NCBI GenBank assembly: GCA_021158305.1
Contig: JAGGUU010000152.1
Location: forward strand, 1-33,826
Source: Candidatus Bathyarchaeota archaeon
Lineage (GTDB): Archaea; Thermoproteota; Bathyarchaeia; Bathyarchaeales; DTEX01
DNA: 33,826 nt
Reading direction: 5' to 3'
The notes beneath the pieces were generated by a model. That model did not search any database, was not told the origin of the DNA, and was given only the letters and a program-made list of their open reading frames with translations. The translations under genes were made by a program, and so were the position numbers. Below are positions 17,285 through 25,115 of this stretch, one piece after another. Each line of letters starts with the position of its first letter. Position 1 is the first letter of the stretch.

Positions 17285-17340
17285 TCAGTGTCGCTCCATC
17301 TCATCATTACTCTCGCTCAGAATATTGTGTCCCTCATCAT
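17285..17340 (-). ncRNA. Box C/D sRNA (2'-O-methylation guide), 56 nt
   Basis: The minus strand reads AUGAUGA-GGGACACAAUAUU-CUGA-GCGAGAGUA-AUGAUGA-GAUGGAGCGACA-CUGA. That is a perfect C box, 13-nt guide, perfect D', 9-nt loop, perfect C', 12-nt guide and perfect D. A TATA-like box is centred ~27 nt upstream. It lies in a 635-bp non-coding gap. Confidence 0.65.
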
Positions 17341-17363
17341 GCACATTAAGAATGAGACGCAGA

Positions 17364-17371
17364 TCTTAAAA
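17364..17371 (-). promoter_or_regulatory. TATA-like box (TTTTAAGA on the minus strand) for the box C/D sRNA
   Basis: Its centre is ~27 nt upstream of the first nucleotide of the C box (17340), which matches archaeal TATA-to-TSS spacing. Confidence 0.4.
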
Positions 17372-17697
17372 GGATTTCTTATTTTTTCAAACAAGGCTCT
17401 CTTTAAAAGAGGCAGATGCCGTTACGAAGTCAAAATCTGCAGAACGTTGCCATTTCTAGATTCATTCAGCAAAGAATAATGTTATTCATGAAGGGTTATC
17501 GAATCAATTAATAAATCGTAACTGAACTATACTATGAGCAGAAGATATTTCTGAGGGATTCATCCTTCTGTGAAGTTCATTATTCGCCTCTATTATGAGA
17601 AAATCGCTTATTAATACCAGGGTCTTAAAGATCTCTTGGGTCTTTTCAGGCGAAAATTAAAGGCTCATCCAGAAAATTTTTAAACATCACTACGCAT

Positions 17698-17709
17698 CTT
17701 TTTTAAAGA
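17698..17709 (+). promoter_or_regulatory. TATA-like element CTTTTTTAAAGA upstream of rpo7
   Basis: It lies ~30 nt upstream of the TTG start at 17737, which implies a near-leaderless mRNA. Confidence 0.3.
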
Positions 17710-17736
17710 AACTGCCGGGTTTATCATGAAAGTTAC

Positions 17737-18339
17737 TTGGAGGAGAGAATAGTTACGTTTAACATAGTCACCTTGGAGGATTCAGTACGCATATTGCCAA
17801 GTAAATTCGGTGAGCCCTTAGAAGAGGTGGCCAAAGAGCAACTCAAACTAAAATATGAAGGCATAATCGATGAAGAGTTAGGCTATGTAATCGCCGTTAC
17901 GGATATTGAGGTTTCTCCTGTTGGAAAAATAATTCCCGGAGACTACGCAACATATCATAAAGCCACATTTTCCCTCTTAACATTCTATCCCAAAGTTCAT
18001 GAGATAGTCGAAGGCGAAGTTGTTGAGATAGCAGACTTCGGAGCCTTCCTACGGGTAGGTCCAGTCGATGCTTTAATTCACGTTTCTCAAATAATGGATG
18101 ACTTCATATCTTATGATAGCCGTCAAGGTGTACTGATGGGAAAAGAGACTAAAAGAAAGATCGCCGTCGGCAATAAGATGCGTGTCCGTATAACAGCTGT
18201 TTCTCTGGGAAGAGAAGGCAGCTTCGGAAAGATAGGCGTAACTGCTAGACAGCCGTTTTTAGGAGCGCTCGAGTGGATAGAAGAGGACGTTAAGAAGATT
18301 CATGAAAAAATCGAGGAAAAGGAAGAGGGAAAGGAGTGA
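17737..18339 (+). CDS. rpoE: DNA-directed RNA polymerase subunit Rpo7 (E')
   Basis: The N-terminal pattern ...VTLEDSVRILPSKFG... is followed by an S1 domain (GEVVEIADFGAFLRVGPVDALIHVSQIMDD). It is the first gene of the conserved archaeal rpo7-spt4-DUF359-S24e-S27ae cluster. TTG is the only plausible start. Confidence 0.9.
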   Translation: MEERIVTFNIVTLEDSVRILPSKFGEPLEEVAKEQLKLKYEGIIDEELGYVIAVTDIEVSPVGKIIPGDYATYHKATFSLLTFYPKVHEIVEGEVVEIADFGAFLRVGPVDALIHVSQIMDDFISYDSRQGVLMGKETKRKIAVGNKMRVRITAVSLGREGSFGKIGVTARQPFLGALEWIEEDVKKIHEKIEEKEEGKE

Positions 18340-18346
18340 CTAATCC

Positions 18347-18532
18347 ATGGTCGATAAAGCTTGCAGAAATTGTCATTTAATTACCGAGGGAAATGTTTGT
18401 CCTCGGTGTAAATCCACCGATCTGAGCGATGACTTCAGCGGGATAGTAATTATACTGGATCCGGAGAATTCTCAAATAGCGAAGATGATGAATGTGGATA
18501 GAAGGGGCAGATATGCACTTCGCGTAAGGTGA
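18347..18532 (+). CDS. spt4: Transcription elongation factor Spt4 (RpoE'')
   Basis: It is 61 aa with a zinc ribbon CRNCHLITEGNVCPRCKS and the conserved position after rpo7. Confidence 0.9.
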   Translation: MVDKACRNCHLITEGNVCPRCKSTDLSDDFSGIVIILDPENSQIAKMMNVDRRGRYALRVR

Positions 18533-19053
18533 TCAGAATATTTGTACTCACGCCCGAATTACGTAAAGAACTGAAAGCCCCCCTCGGTCTGCTTATTAAA
18601 GGGTCATTTGAAGAGACTTCTAGAAAAGTCGCAAAGCTCGTGGCTGAGAAGAAACCAAAAAAGCTGATTACAGTTGGTGATCAAGTTACAATGAACATGA
18701 TCTCGAATAATATCCCTCCAGATGTCGCCATAGTTGACTCGAAAGTTATGAGAAAGGCGATTTCTCCAGTAAAGTTTGAGGCTGATAAAATCTTTCAGAT
18801 AAATAATCCTCCAGGCACCATAACCGAGGAATCTTGGGAGGCGATTAAAAAAGCCATTAATAGTCTTGGACGATCGAAAGTGGTGGTTGATGGTGAAGAA
18901 GATCTCCTAACAATAGTCGCCGTTCTCTTGGCTCCTTACGGTTCGATGGTGATGTATGGACAGCCGAAGCAGGGAGTAGTTGTGTTGGAGGTTAAAGAAG
19001 AGGTTAAGAAAAGATTTCGAGAGATAATCGAGAGAATGAAAAAGGTAAATTAG
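18529..19053 (+). CDS. DUF359 family protein = archaeal GTP-dependent dephospho-CoA kinase
   Basis: The GTG start overlaps the spt4 stop (GGTGA). ITVGDQVT...PDVAIVDSKVMRK...VDGEEDLL matches the DUF359/COG1909 pattern. It has the conserved genomic position after spt4. Confidence 0.8.
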   Translation: MIRIFVLTPELRKELKAPLGLLIKGSFEETSRKVAKLVAEKKPKKLITVGDQVTMNMISNNIPPDVAIVDSKVMRKAISPVKFEADKIFQINNPPGTITEESWEAIKKAINSLGRSKVVVDGEEDLLTIVAVLLAPYGSMVMYGQPKQGVVVLEVKEEVKKRFREIIERMKKVN

Positions 19054-19167
19054 ATTAGAAATGTTTCTTCCCTAGATGCTGATGTGGAATCTGAATAACA
19101 TTAATAAAGAGGAATTATTATTCCAATCACTAAAGCATCAACTTTGACATGCGTTGCGGTGAATGAT

Positions 19168-19470
19168 GTGAAGCTCGAGGTCACTAGCAAGCGGAGGAAC
19201 AAACTGCTTAAGCGGATTGAGGTTGAGTTTCAGGTAAGTCATGAAGGAGAGGGAACGCCATCTCGCATTGAAGTTAGGAAAAATCTTGCCAGCATACTTG
19301 ATGTAGATGAGGAAAAGGTTTATGTCAAAAGGATTGAAACTAAGACGGGGATGAACCTCTCTATTGGCAAAGCGAATATCTATGATTCGCCGAGCCAAGC
19401 CAAGTATGTTGAACCGGAACATATAATACTCAGAAATAAGCCTAAAACAGAGGAGAAAGAAGGAGAGTAG
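19168..19470 (+). CDS. rps24e: 30S ribosomal protein S24e
   Basis: KLEVTSKRRNKLLKRIEVEFQVSHEGEGTPSRIEVRKNLASIL is the S24e signature (N-x-LL-x-R-x-E...H...TPSR). GTG at 19168 is preceded by GGTGA. The track start at 19144 (TTG) or GTG at 19159 are alternatives. Confidence 0.88.
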   Translation: MKLEVTSKRRNKLLKRIEVEFQVSHEGEGTPSRIEVRKNLASILDVDEEKVYVKRIETKTGMNLSIGKANIYDSPSQAKYVEPEHIILRNKPKTEEKEGE

Positions 19471-19475
19471 ACTAA

Positions 19476-19679
19476 TTGTCCAAGGAAGAGGCTAAGAAGC
19501 CTAAAAAGGAAAAGAAGGTTTACATGTACTATAAGATTGAGGATGGAAAGTTAAAGCGTCTTCTGCCCTTCTGCGACCGATGCGGTCCCGGCTATTTCAT
19601 GGCGGATCATGGAGACCGCTACACATGCGGTCACTGCGGATTCACAAAATACAAAGCTGTTTTAAAGAAGAATAAGTAG
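19476..19679 (+). CDS. rps27ae: 30S ribosomal protein S27ae
   Basis: A Lys-rich N-terminus is followed by the zinc ribbon CDRCGPGYFMADHGDRYTCGHCGF. The TTG start lies 8 nt after AGGAGAG. Confidence 0.9.
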   Translation: MSKEEAKKPKKEKKVYMYYKIEDGKLKRLLPFCDRCGPGYFMADHGDRYTCGHCGFTKYKAVLKKNK

Positions 19680-19683
19680 AGTC

Positions 19684-19953
19684 CTATTTTCTCCTTATTG
19701 CTAGAAAAAATTGAATTCCAGCGACAAGTACTAGCAGAACTGTTAGTACCGATATAAGTCTTTTAGCGAATTCATAGGCTGCGGTAAATTCATATGCTGG
19801 TAAAAAGACGAGCCAAAGATATCCCGCTAGAACCAGAGAACAGATAGATGAGATTAGGTAAGAAATGTTAAATTGGAGTTTCTTCATCTCCTTATTCACC
19901 ATCTTGCTAAACAAGAGGATATGAAACAACAAGACTATTAACTGTTTCTTCAA
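19684..19953 (-). CDS. Small hypothetical membrane protein (2-3 TM)
   Basis: Hydrophobic segments are LISSICSLVLAGYLWLVFL and LISVLTVLLVLVAGIQFFLAI. The start is uncertain: TTG at 19953, or ATG at 19902 (MVNKEMKK..). It is convergent with rps27ae across a 4-nt gap. Confidence 0.4.
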   Translation of the reverse strand: MKKQLIVLLFHILLFSKMVNKEMKKLQFNISYLISSICSLVLAGYLWLVFLPAYEFTAAYEFAKRLISVLTVLLVLVAGIQFFLAIRRK

Positions 19954-20037
19954 GCATTTCTCATTTGATGGCAGAAAATATGGTTTTAAATTTAATAAAG
20001 AAAAATTTGTAGTATCGAGTCTGTTGGTGATGTGAGA

Positions 20038-20532
20038 ATGAAGATCGGAATAATTTCAGACACTCATGATAGGCTACCTTTTATTGACAAAGCTATCGAA
20101 GAGATGAATGAGGCAAGAGTCGATCTAGTGCTTCATGCTGGTGACTACTGTGCCCCATTCGCTGCGTTCAGATTTAAGCCTCTAAAGGCCAAGATGATAG
20201 GGGTTCTTGGAAACAATGATGCTGAAAGAGAACTATTGCGGAGAAATTTCAGCGAAATAGGCGTTGATATACGCGGTAGATTCGCGGAGATAAAGGCCGA
20301 TGGCGTCAAGATTGCTCTTCTCCATGGAGATGAAGAGGAGCTCTTAAACTCCATTATAAATACTAAGTTCTACGATGTAGTGGTTTATGGACATACTCAT
20401 CATCCTGAAGTAAAGAGGAGAAACGGAGTTCTGATAGTTAATCCAGGAGAGGTATGTGGCTATCTCACAGGAGAAGCAACTATAGGTATACTTGATACAA
20501 AAACTAAGGACGCAACAATAATCCGGATATAA
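20038..20532 (+). CDS. MJ0936/YfcE-family metallophosphoesterase (phosphodiesterase)
   Basis: The calcineurin-like motif series is present: MKIGIISDTHD, HAGDY, GNND, LLHGD, GHTH. ATG at 20038 lies 7 nt after GGTGA, so the track GTG at 20032 is less likely. Confidence 0.85.
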   Translation: MKIGIISDTHDRLPFIDKAIEEMNEARVDLVLHAGDYCAPFAAFRFKPLKAKMIGVLGNNDAERELLRRNFSEIGVDIRGRFAEIKADGVKIALLHGDEEELLNSIINTKFYDVVVYGHTHHPEVKRRNGVLIVNPGEVCGYLTGEATIGILDTKTKDATIIRI

Positions 20533-20556
20533 GGGTTTCTTCAGCAGACCCATACG

Positions 20557-21234
20557 CTAAGTTTCTTTTTTCGCTTTTTCAGCAATAAGGTGCGCGTATC
20601 GAATGGGTTCCGGAATCCTATATCTGGAGCATTCAAGCACTATCTTCACGGCTGTTTCAAGAGAGACCTTATGACCTACACTCACATATATGGGCTTACT
20701 ATTCTTCCTCGTTAAAACAGCTGCGCCTATAATCTCTTCGCCATCAATTATAGGTTTCCACGAATCATCGATGCTCCTAACTTCCCCGCACAAAAGACCC
20801 TTAGCGACTCCTATCGTGGGCACGTTTAAAACTAAACCAAAGTGGCAAGCGAGGCCGAAACGGCGGGGATGGGCTCGTCCATGCCCCTCAATCATAAAAA
20901 CATCTGGTTTTACCCTCAACATTCGTGCTACGGCTATTGCTGGAGGGAGTTCTCTTAAGAAGAGAAAAGCTGGAATGTAAGGAATCGTCATATTCAGCGA
21001 ATAAGTCTTTTCTTCAATTATTCTCATGGTCTTATACTCAAGCACAGCGGCGGCTCCATATGCTCTGCCAGCTGAATATGCGATGTCTATTCCAGCAATA
21101 TACTTAATCTCCTCTGGTAAAGAATCGTGGGTAATCACGGCTTTTGAGAGACATCTCTGAATCTTCTCAGCCCGCTTGAGGAGGGGAAGTATTCTAGAAT
21201 CCGGAAGCTGTAGCACCGATGTTTCCCATTTCAT
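20557..21234 (-). CDS. nfi: Endonuclease V (deoxyinosine/inosine-specific endonuclease)
   Basis: Contains IAGIDIAY, YIPAFLFLRELPP, MIEGHGRAHPRRFGLACHFGL and TIGVAKGLL, the EndoV catalytic and recognition motifs. It starts 3 nt after the SepRS stop. Confidence 0.9.
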   Translation of the reverse strand: MKWETSVLQLPDSRILPLLKRAEKIQRCLSKAVITHDSLPEEIKYIAGIDIAYSAGRAYGAAAVLEYKTMRIIEEKTYSLNMTIPYIPAFLFLRELPPAIAVARMLRVKPDVFMIEGHGRAHPRRFGLACHFGLVLNVPTIGVAKGLLCGEVRSIDDSWKPIIDGEEIIGAAVLTRKNSKPIYVSVGHKVSLETAVKIVLECSRYRIPEPIRYAHLIAEKAKKET

Positions 21235-21237
21235 GGC

Positions 21238-22842
21238 TTACCCGCTTATCTCTGCATGTATGCCTAGGAAAACAGGTCCTGACACCATTATTCTCTTTTT
21301 CCGACTTGTTATGAACCTACGTGCTTTTTTGCTCAGCTCAAGATTCACATCGCTTAGTCTCTTAACCATCTTAATCCTGACATTGACTGCTTTAAGCCCC
21401 TTTCTTAAGGCTTCCTCTATTTTGGCGGCGGCATATGAAGCTACACCGTCTAAGTATTTAATGTCCGTGCAGAGTCCCTTCTCCCGCGTCTCCCTAACTA
21501 GCGGAGAGTCATCCATGCCTTTGAGAGGCGCTCCTATAACGTTTCCATCATAGACAAATATGCGATTTTCAGCCGCAGCTCCTAAAAGAGAAGCTCCCTC
21601 TTCATCCTCATAAATGTAAATCTTAACTCTCTTACCAAGTATCTCTCCATCGTATACTAGAAACCGGCACGGACCTACGGAGTTCTTATGTTTAAGAGCT
21701 TCACGGATTATCGCGTCTCGTATTCTCCTGCCTTCTTCGGTTACTGGTTCCTCTCTGAATCTAAGCGCCTCAGCGATCTTCTGATCAGTAAGAAACAGCT
21801 CTTTATAGAATTGTGGATAAACAAGTCTTCGAACATCGCTTTCTCCATAAAGTACCATTGCCAGCCTCTCCACTCCTAAGCCAACATTTAAAACCGGATA
21901 CTCCAGCCCGTATCTTGCCAAGGATATAGGATTATAAATCCCATAATCAACTATCTCAACCCACTCTCCGGAGGAGGGATTGTAAACAAATCCCTCATAC
22001 TCCATTCCATAGGCATAATACTTAGAGGTCACTTTCCTCTTAACAAATCGGAAGTTTCTAAGACCTAGAGGCTCAAGTAAAGCTCTTGTTATTCTCTCTC
22101 CCTCTTCTATGTTCAATTCATCATCCATCACAACGCAGCTGGCGGAGTGATGTACTCTGAGATGTGTAGGGTCCTCCCTCTGTTCTCTCCGAAATCTCAC
22201 GTCCACAGAGAAGAGCTTCAAAGGAAGATCCGCTATGTGCTGGAGGGCTTGAAGCGTCAGAAACCAAGAGCTCGTCATATGTGAACGTAAAGTTAGCTTT
22301 GAGGGCTTCGGTCTTAGGGATGAAAATTCAGGAAAAACCTGAGAGACAACACGAGTCGCAACATCATCGGAGACGTCGAGCGCTTCAGCTATCTCCTCAA
22401 TAAGATCATCAGATTCTATCTTCCCCTTCTTATAATCTCTAAATACTCCCTTCAAGGCGAGAATTTTGGAATCTGTCAATTTCACCCCTAGCTTCTCAAT
22501 CTCTTCACATTTAGATTTGCTTAACCCGATATCTGGACGCGGCAGAGCCGCCAAGTAATAGCAGCGATCAAGTATTATCGGTGCTTCCGGTCCATATTGA
22601 CGATATATCTCATTCTCGTCAACTATAACCGGATTAAAGACTTCATCGAATCCTAAACTGAGAAATCTGTTTCTGAGCTTCTGTATAAGCTCATAGATCG
22701 GATGGGGCTCTCCTCGTCTTTCCGAATGGAGAGTAAGTCTCTTCGATGCTCTTGGTATAAGACTTGAGCTCTCTTTCCATGCTTTCTCAAATCCTTCTTT
22801 CTCAACTTTTTTTAGAATCTCATGCGGATTCAGCGGGCTCAT
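21238..22842 (-). CDS. sepS: O-phosphoseryl-tRNA(Cys) synthetase (SepRS)
   Basis: There is close block-wise similarity to my recollection of M. jannaschii SepRS: HPIYELIQKLRNRFLSLGFDEVFNPVIVDENEIYRQYGPEAPIILDRCYYLAALPRPDIGL, LTLRSHMTSSWFLTL, PLKLFSVDVRFRREQREDPTHLRVHHSASCVV, LGVERLAMVLYG. Length is 534 aa. Confidence 0.92.
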   Translation of the reverse strand: MSPLNPHEILKKVEKEGFEKAWKESSSLIPRASKRLTLHSERRGEPHPIYELIQKLRNRFLSLGFDEVFNPVIVDENEIYRQYGPEAPIILDRCYYLAALPRPDIGLSKSKCEEIEKLGVKLTDSKILALKGVFRDYKKGKIESDDLIEEIAEALDVSDDVATRVVSQVFPEFSSLRPKPSKLTLRSHMTSSWFLTLQALQHIADLPLKLFSVDVRFRREQREDPTHLRVHHSASCVVMDDELNIEEGERITRALLEPLGLRNFRFVKRKVTSKYYAYGMEYEGFVYNPSSGEWVEIVDYGIYNPISLARYGLEYPVLNVGLGVERLAMVLYGESDVRRLVYPQFYKELFLTDQKIAEALRFREEPVTEEGRRIRDAIIREALKHKNSVGPCRFLVYDGEILGKRVKIYIYEDEEGASLLGAAAENRIFVYDGNVIGAPLKGMDDSPLVRETREKGLCTDIKYLDGVASYAAAKIEEALRKGLKAVNVRIKMVKRLSDVNLELSKKARRFITSRKKRIMVSGPVFLGIHAEISG

Positions 22843-23479
22843 CTCTCATCCTCTCATCTAACGCCTTAATCAGATTCATGATCTGCCGCTCAAGTGAGCT
22901 TCTGCCAGACTCGATCATTATATCCGCTCTTGTGGCTTCGATTATTCTTCTACTTGTATCGCATTTTCTTCTAAGACTTGACACGAGAACTTGGATGTCT
23001 TCTAGATTAATGATCTCCTCATATATTGTCTCCATTAATCTTAAGCATCTTTCAGCTTCGCATCTCATATTCTTTCTCAATGATTCAAGAGCTCTTCTTC
23101 TTAATTCTCCTACTACATCTGCAAGTCCAAGAACATAAGCATCCATGGGGACGCCTAGTTCTTCAATTTCCGGAAACCTTGAGTCTTTGATGAGGGTCAA
23201 GAGTATATTCGCCTCTGCATATTCCTGAAACGCCGAGTTCACCGAGCCCGTATAAAAAAGATCCGGATAATCCTTTGATATCTCTTTGATTTTTTCTAGG
23301 GTTCTCTTGGCTTCTTCGAGCGTTTCCTTGGCTTTTTCAAGATTCTCTTTGTGAATTTGAAATACAGCCTGTTTAGAAAGCCTCGTAGCCTTACGCGCGG
23401 CTATTTGAATCTCTTGTTTAAACATATCTTTTCTGGCTAATTCTTTCCGTATTCTCTCCAGAGTATCCCTAAGCGACAT
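22820..23479 (-). CDS. Translin/TRAX (C3PO-like) family nucleic-acid-binding protein/RNase
   Basis: It is all-helical and has FQEYAEA plus the hallmark YVLGLADVVGELRRRA (translin/TRAX GLAD-x-x-GEL-x-R). The 3' end overlaps the sepS start by 23 nt. The start is uncertain: ATG at 23479 (MSLRDTLERI) is preferred, and in-frame ATGs also lie at 23497, 23518 and 23521. Confidence 0.72.
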   Translation of the reverse strand: MSLRDTLERIRKELARKDMFKQEIQIAARKATRLSKQAVFQIHKENLEKAKETLEEAKRTLEKIKEISKDYPDLFYTGSVNSAFQEYAEANILLTLIKDSRFPEIEELGVPMDAYVLGLADVVGELRRRALESLRKNMRCEAERCLRLMETIYEEIINLEDIQVLVSSLRRKCDTSRRIIEATRADIMIESGRSSLERQIMNLIKALDERMRDEPAESA

Positions 23480-23618
23480 AGTGTTCACATTTAACATTGG
23501 CTGGAATAAATACTTCATCATATTATTTAAAGAATCTTAATTTAGAACCTGAATTTTAAAGGGATAAATCATACTATTTAGCCATGACGAATGATAAGAT
23601 CTGAAGAGAGGGGAAAGG

Positions 23619-25055
23619 TTGGATCTGAATATTATGTTGAGCAGAAAGATTCCATGTGTGATGACGATCGCTGGCTCAGATAGTGGTGGAGGAGCCGGAA
23701 TTCAAGCAGACCTTAAAACATTTTCAGCCCTGGGCGTATTTGGAACATGCGTAATAACGGCTGTTACTGCCCAGAACACTAGAGGAGTGGAGAGTATCTT
23801 TCCTCTTCCTCCAAGCATAGTAAAGTCCCAGATCAAAGCTGTGATGAAGGATATACCAGTAAGAGTGGCGAAGACGGGCATGCTTTATTCACAGGAGATC
23901 ATGGAAGAGGTCGCCAAAGCCATAGATGAATATAAGATCACGCTGGTTGCGGATCCCGTTATCCGAGCTGGCTCCGGCAGTCCCTTAATAATCGAAGAGG
24001 ACAAGAACGCCATAATCAAATTAATAGTGCCTCGATCCATGATCCTAACTCCAAACGTGTTCGAAGCTGAGATGATAAGCGGCATTAGAATAAGAAGCCT
24101 AAATGACATGAAGAACGCGGCGAAGAGAATCGTAAATCTCGGCGCTGAATCTGTTATAATAAAGGGCGGCCACATGAAAGAGAAGAACCTAGAAGTATGC
24201 GATCTCTTCTATCATGAGGGTTCCTTCAGGGTCTTTAAGAAGAAACGTTTTATGATAAATCCTCATGGAGGGGGATGTACATTCTCAGCCGCGATAGCGT
24301 CGTTCCTTGCACATGGAGAAAGCCTTGAAAGCGCTGTTGAAGAAGCCGAAAAGTTCATTGAGACCAGCTTCAGAGGAGCTCTAAAGATTGGATCTGGAAG
24401 AACACCGGTGAATCCCATGGCGTTCTTATATAACAGAGCGGGGATAGCTGAAGCCATAGAGCAAGTGGATGAAGCCGCCAAGGCTGTTGAGAGAAATCCG
24501 AGTATATCCCGGTTCTGCGCCGAGGTTGGGATTCAAATAGCGATGGCTCCTCCGTATCCCCGCGGGCCCGAAGATGTAGTTGCTATTGATGGGAGAATAA
24601 TCAAGACTCGTGATGGACTGAAGGCAGCGGGTCCTCCGCGTCTCGGCGCTTCGAGACATATGGCATCCGTAATTTTGACGGCTATGAAGCATGATCCGCA
24701 AGTTCGTGCAGCTATGAATCTGCATTACAGCCCTGTTCTTCTAAAGGCCTTTAGGAAAATAGGCTGCAAAGTTTCCGGATTCGATAGAAAGCTTGAACCG
24801 GCTGAGATAAAACGTGTTGAAGGCAAGTCTCTTCCATGGGGAGTTGAGGAGGCCATTCATAAAATACGCGAAGTTCCAGACGTGATATACGATGAGGGAG
24901 GAGTTGGAAAGGAACCTATGATAAGAGTACTCGGCAGAAACGCATTAGAAGTTGTTGATAAAGTGCTCAGAGCCATAGAGGTGTTGCCCGAGGAAAAGTG
25001 CATGAATAAATCGAGGCGGGGATTCATAGATAAAAGGGAGTCTTCATGCTCCTGA
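23619..25055 (+). CDS. thiDN: Bifunctional ThiD-ThiN: hydroxymethylpyrimidine/phosphomethylpyrimidine kinase fused to ThiN-type thiamine-phosphate synthase
   Basis: The N-terminal half has VMTIAGSDSGGGAGIQADLKT...VAKTGML...IIKGGH...GGGCTFSAAIA (ThiD). The C-terminal ~200 aa have the archaeal ThiN domain layout. The TTG start follows GAGAGGGG. An alternative ATG lies at 23634. Confidence 0.87.
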   Translation: MDLNIMLSRKIPCVMTIAGSDSGGGAGIQADLKTFSALGVFGTCVITAVTAQNTRGVESIFPLPPSIVKSQIKAVMKDIPVRVAKTGMLYSQEIMEEVAKAIDEYKITLVADPVIRAGSGSPLIIEEDKNAIIKLIVPRSMILTPNVFEAEMISGIRIRSLNDMKNAAKRIVNLGAESVIIKGGHMKEKNLEVCDLFYHEGSFRVFKKKRFMINPHGGGCTFSAAIASFLAHGESLESAVEEAEKFIETSFRGALKIGSGRTPVNPMAFLYNRAGIAEAIEQVDEAAKAVERNPSISRFCAEVGIQIAMAPPYPRGPEDVVAIDGRIIKTRDGLKAAGPPRLGASRHMASVILTAMKHDPQVRAAMNLHYSPVLLKAFRKIGCKVSGFDRKLEPAEIKRVEGKSLPWGVEEAIHKIREVPDVIYDEGGVGKEPMIRVLGRNALEVVDKVLRAIEVLPEEKCMNKSRRGFIDKRESSCS

Positions 25056-25115
25056 TTACATGTACTCGGAAAGCTATTCTGAGCTGAGAAGACCGCCGAA
25101 ATATATCGTAGAAAT

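Noticed and set aside
17264-17479. 71-aa + strand ORF in the long intergenic gap
   Set aside because: It has no SD, a low-complexity hydrophobic/odd composition and no recognisable motif. It overlaps the far better supported minus-strand box C/D sRNA and its TATA box.
23522-23633. TPP riboswitch upstream of thiDN
   Set aside because: There is some superficial resemblance (CTGAAGAGA, GGATCTGAA). The conserved CUGAGA and ACCUGAUCUGGAUAAUGCCAGCG-type core and the pairing stems are not present. The duplicated GATCTGAA is too short to interpret.
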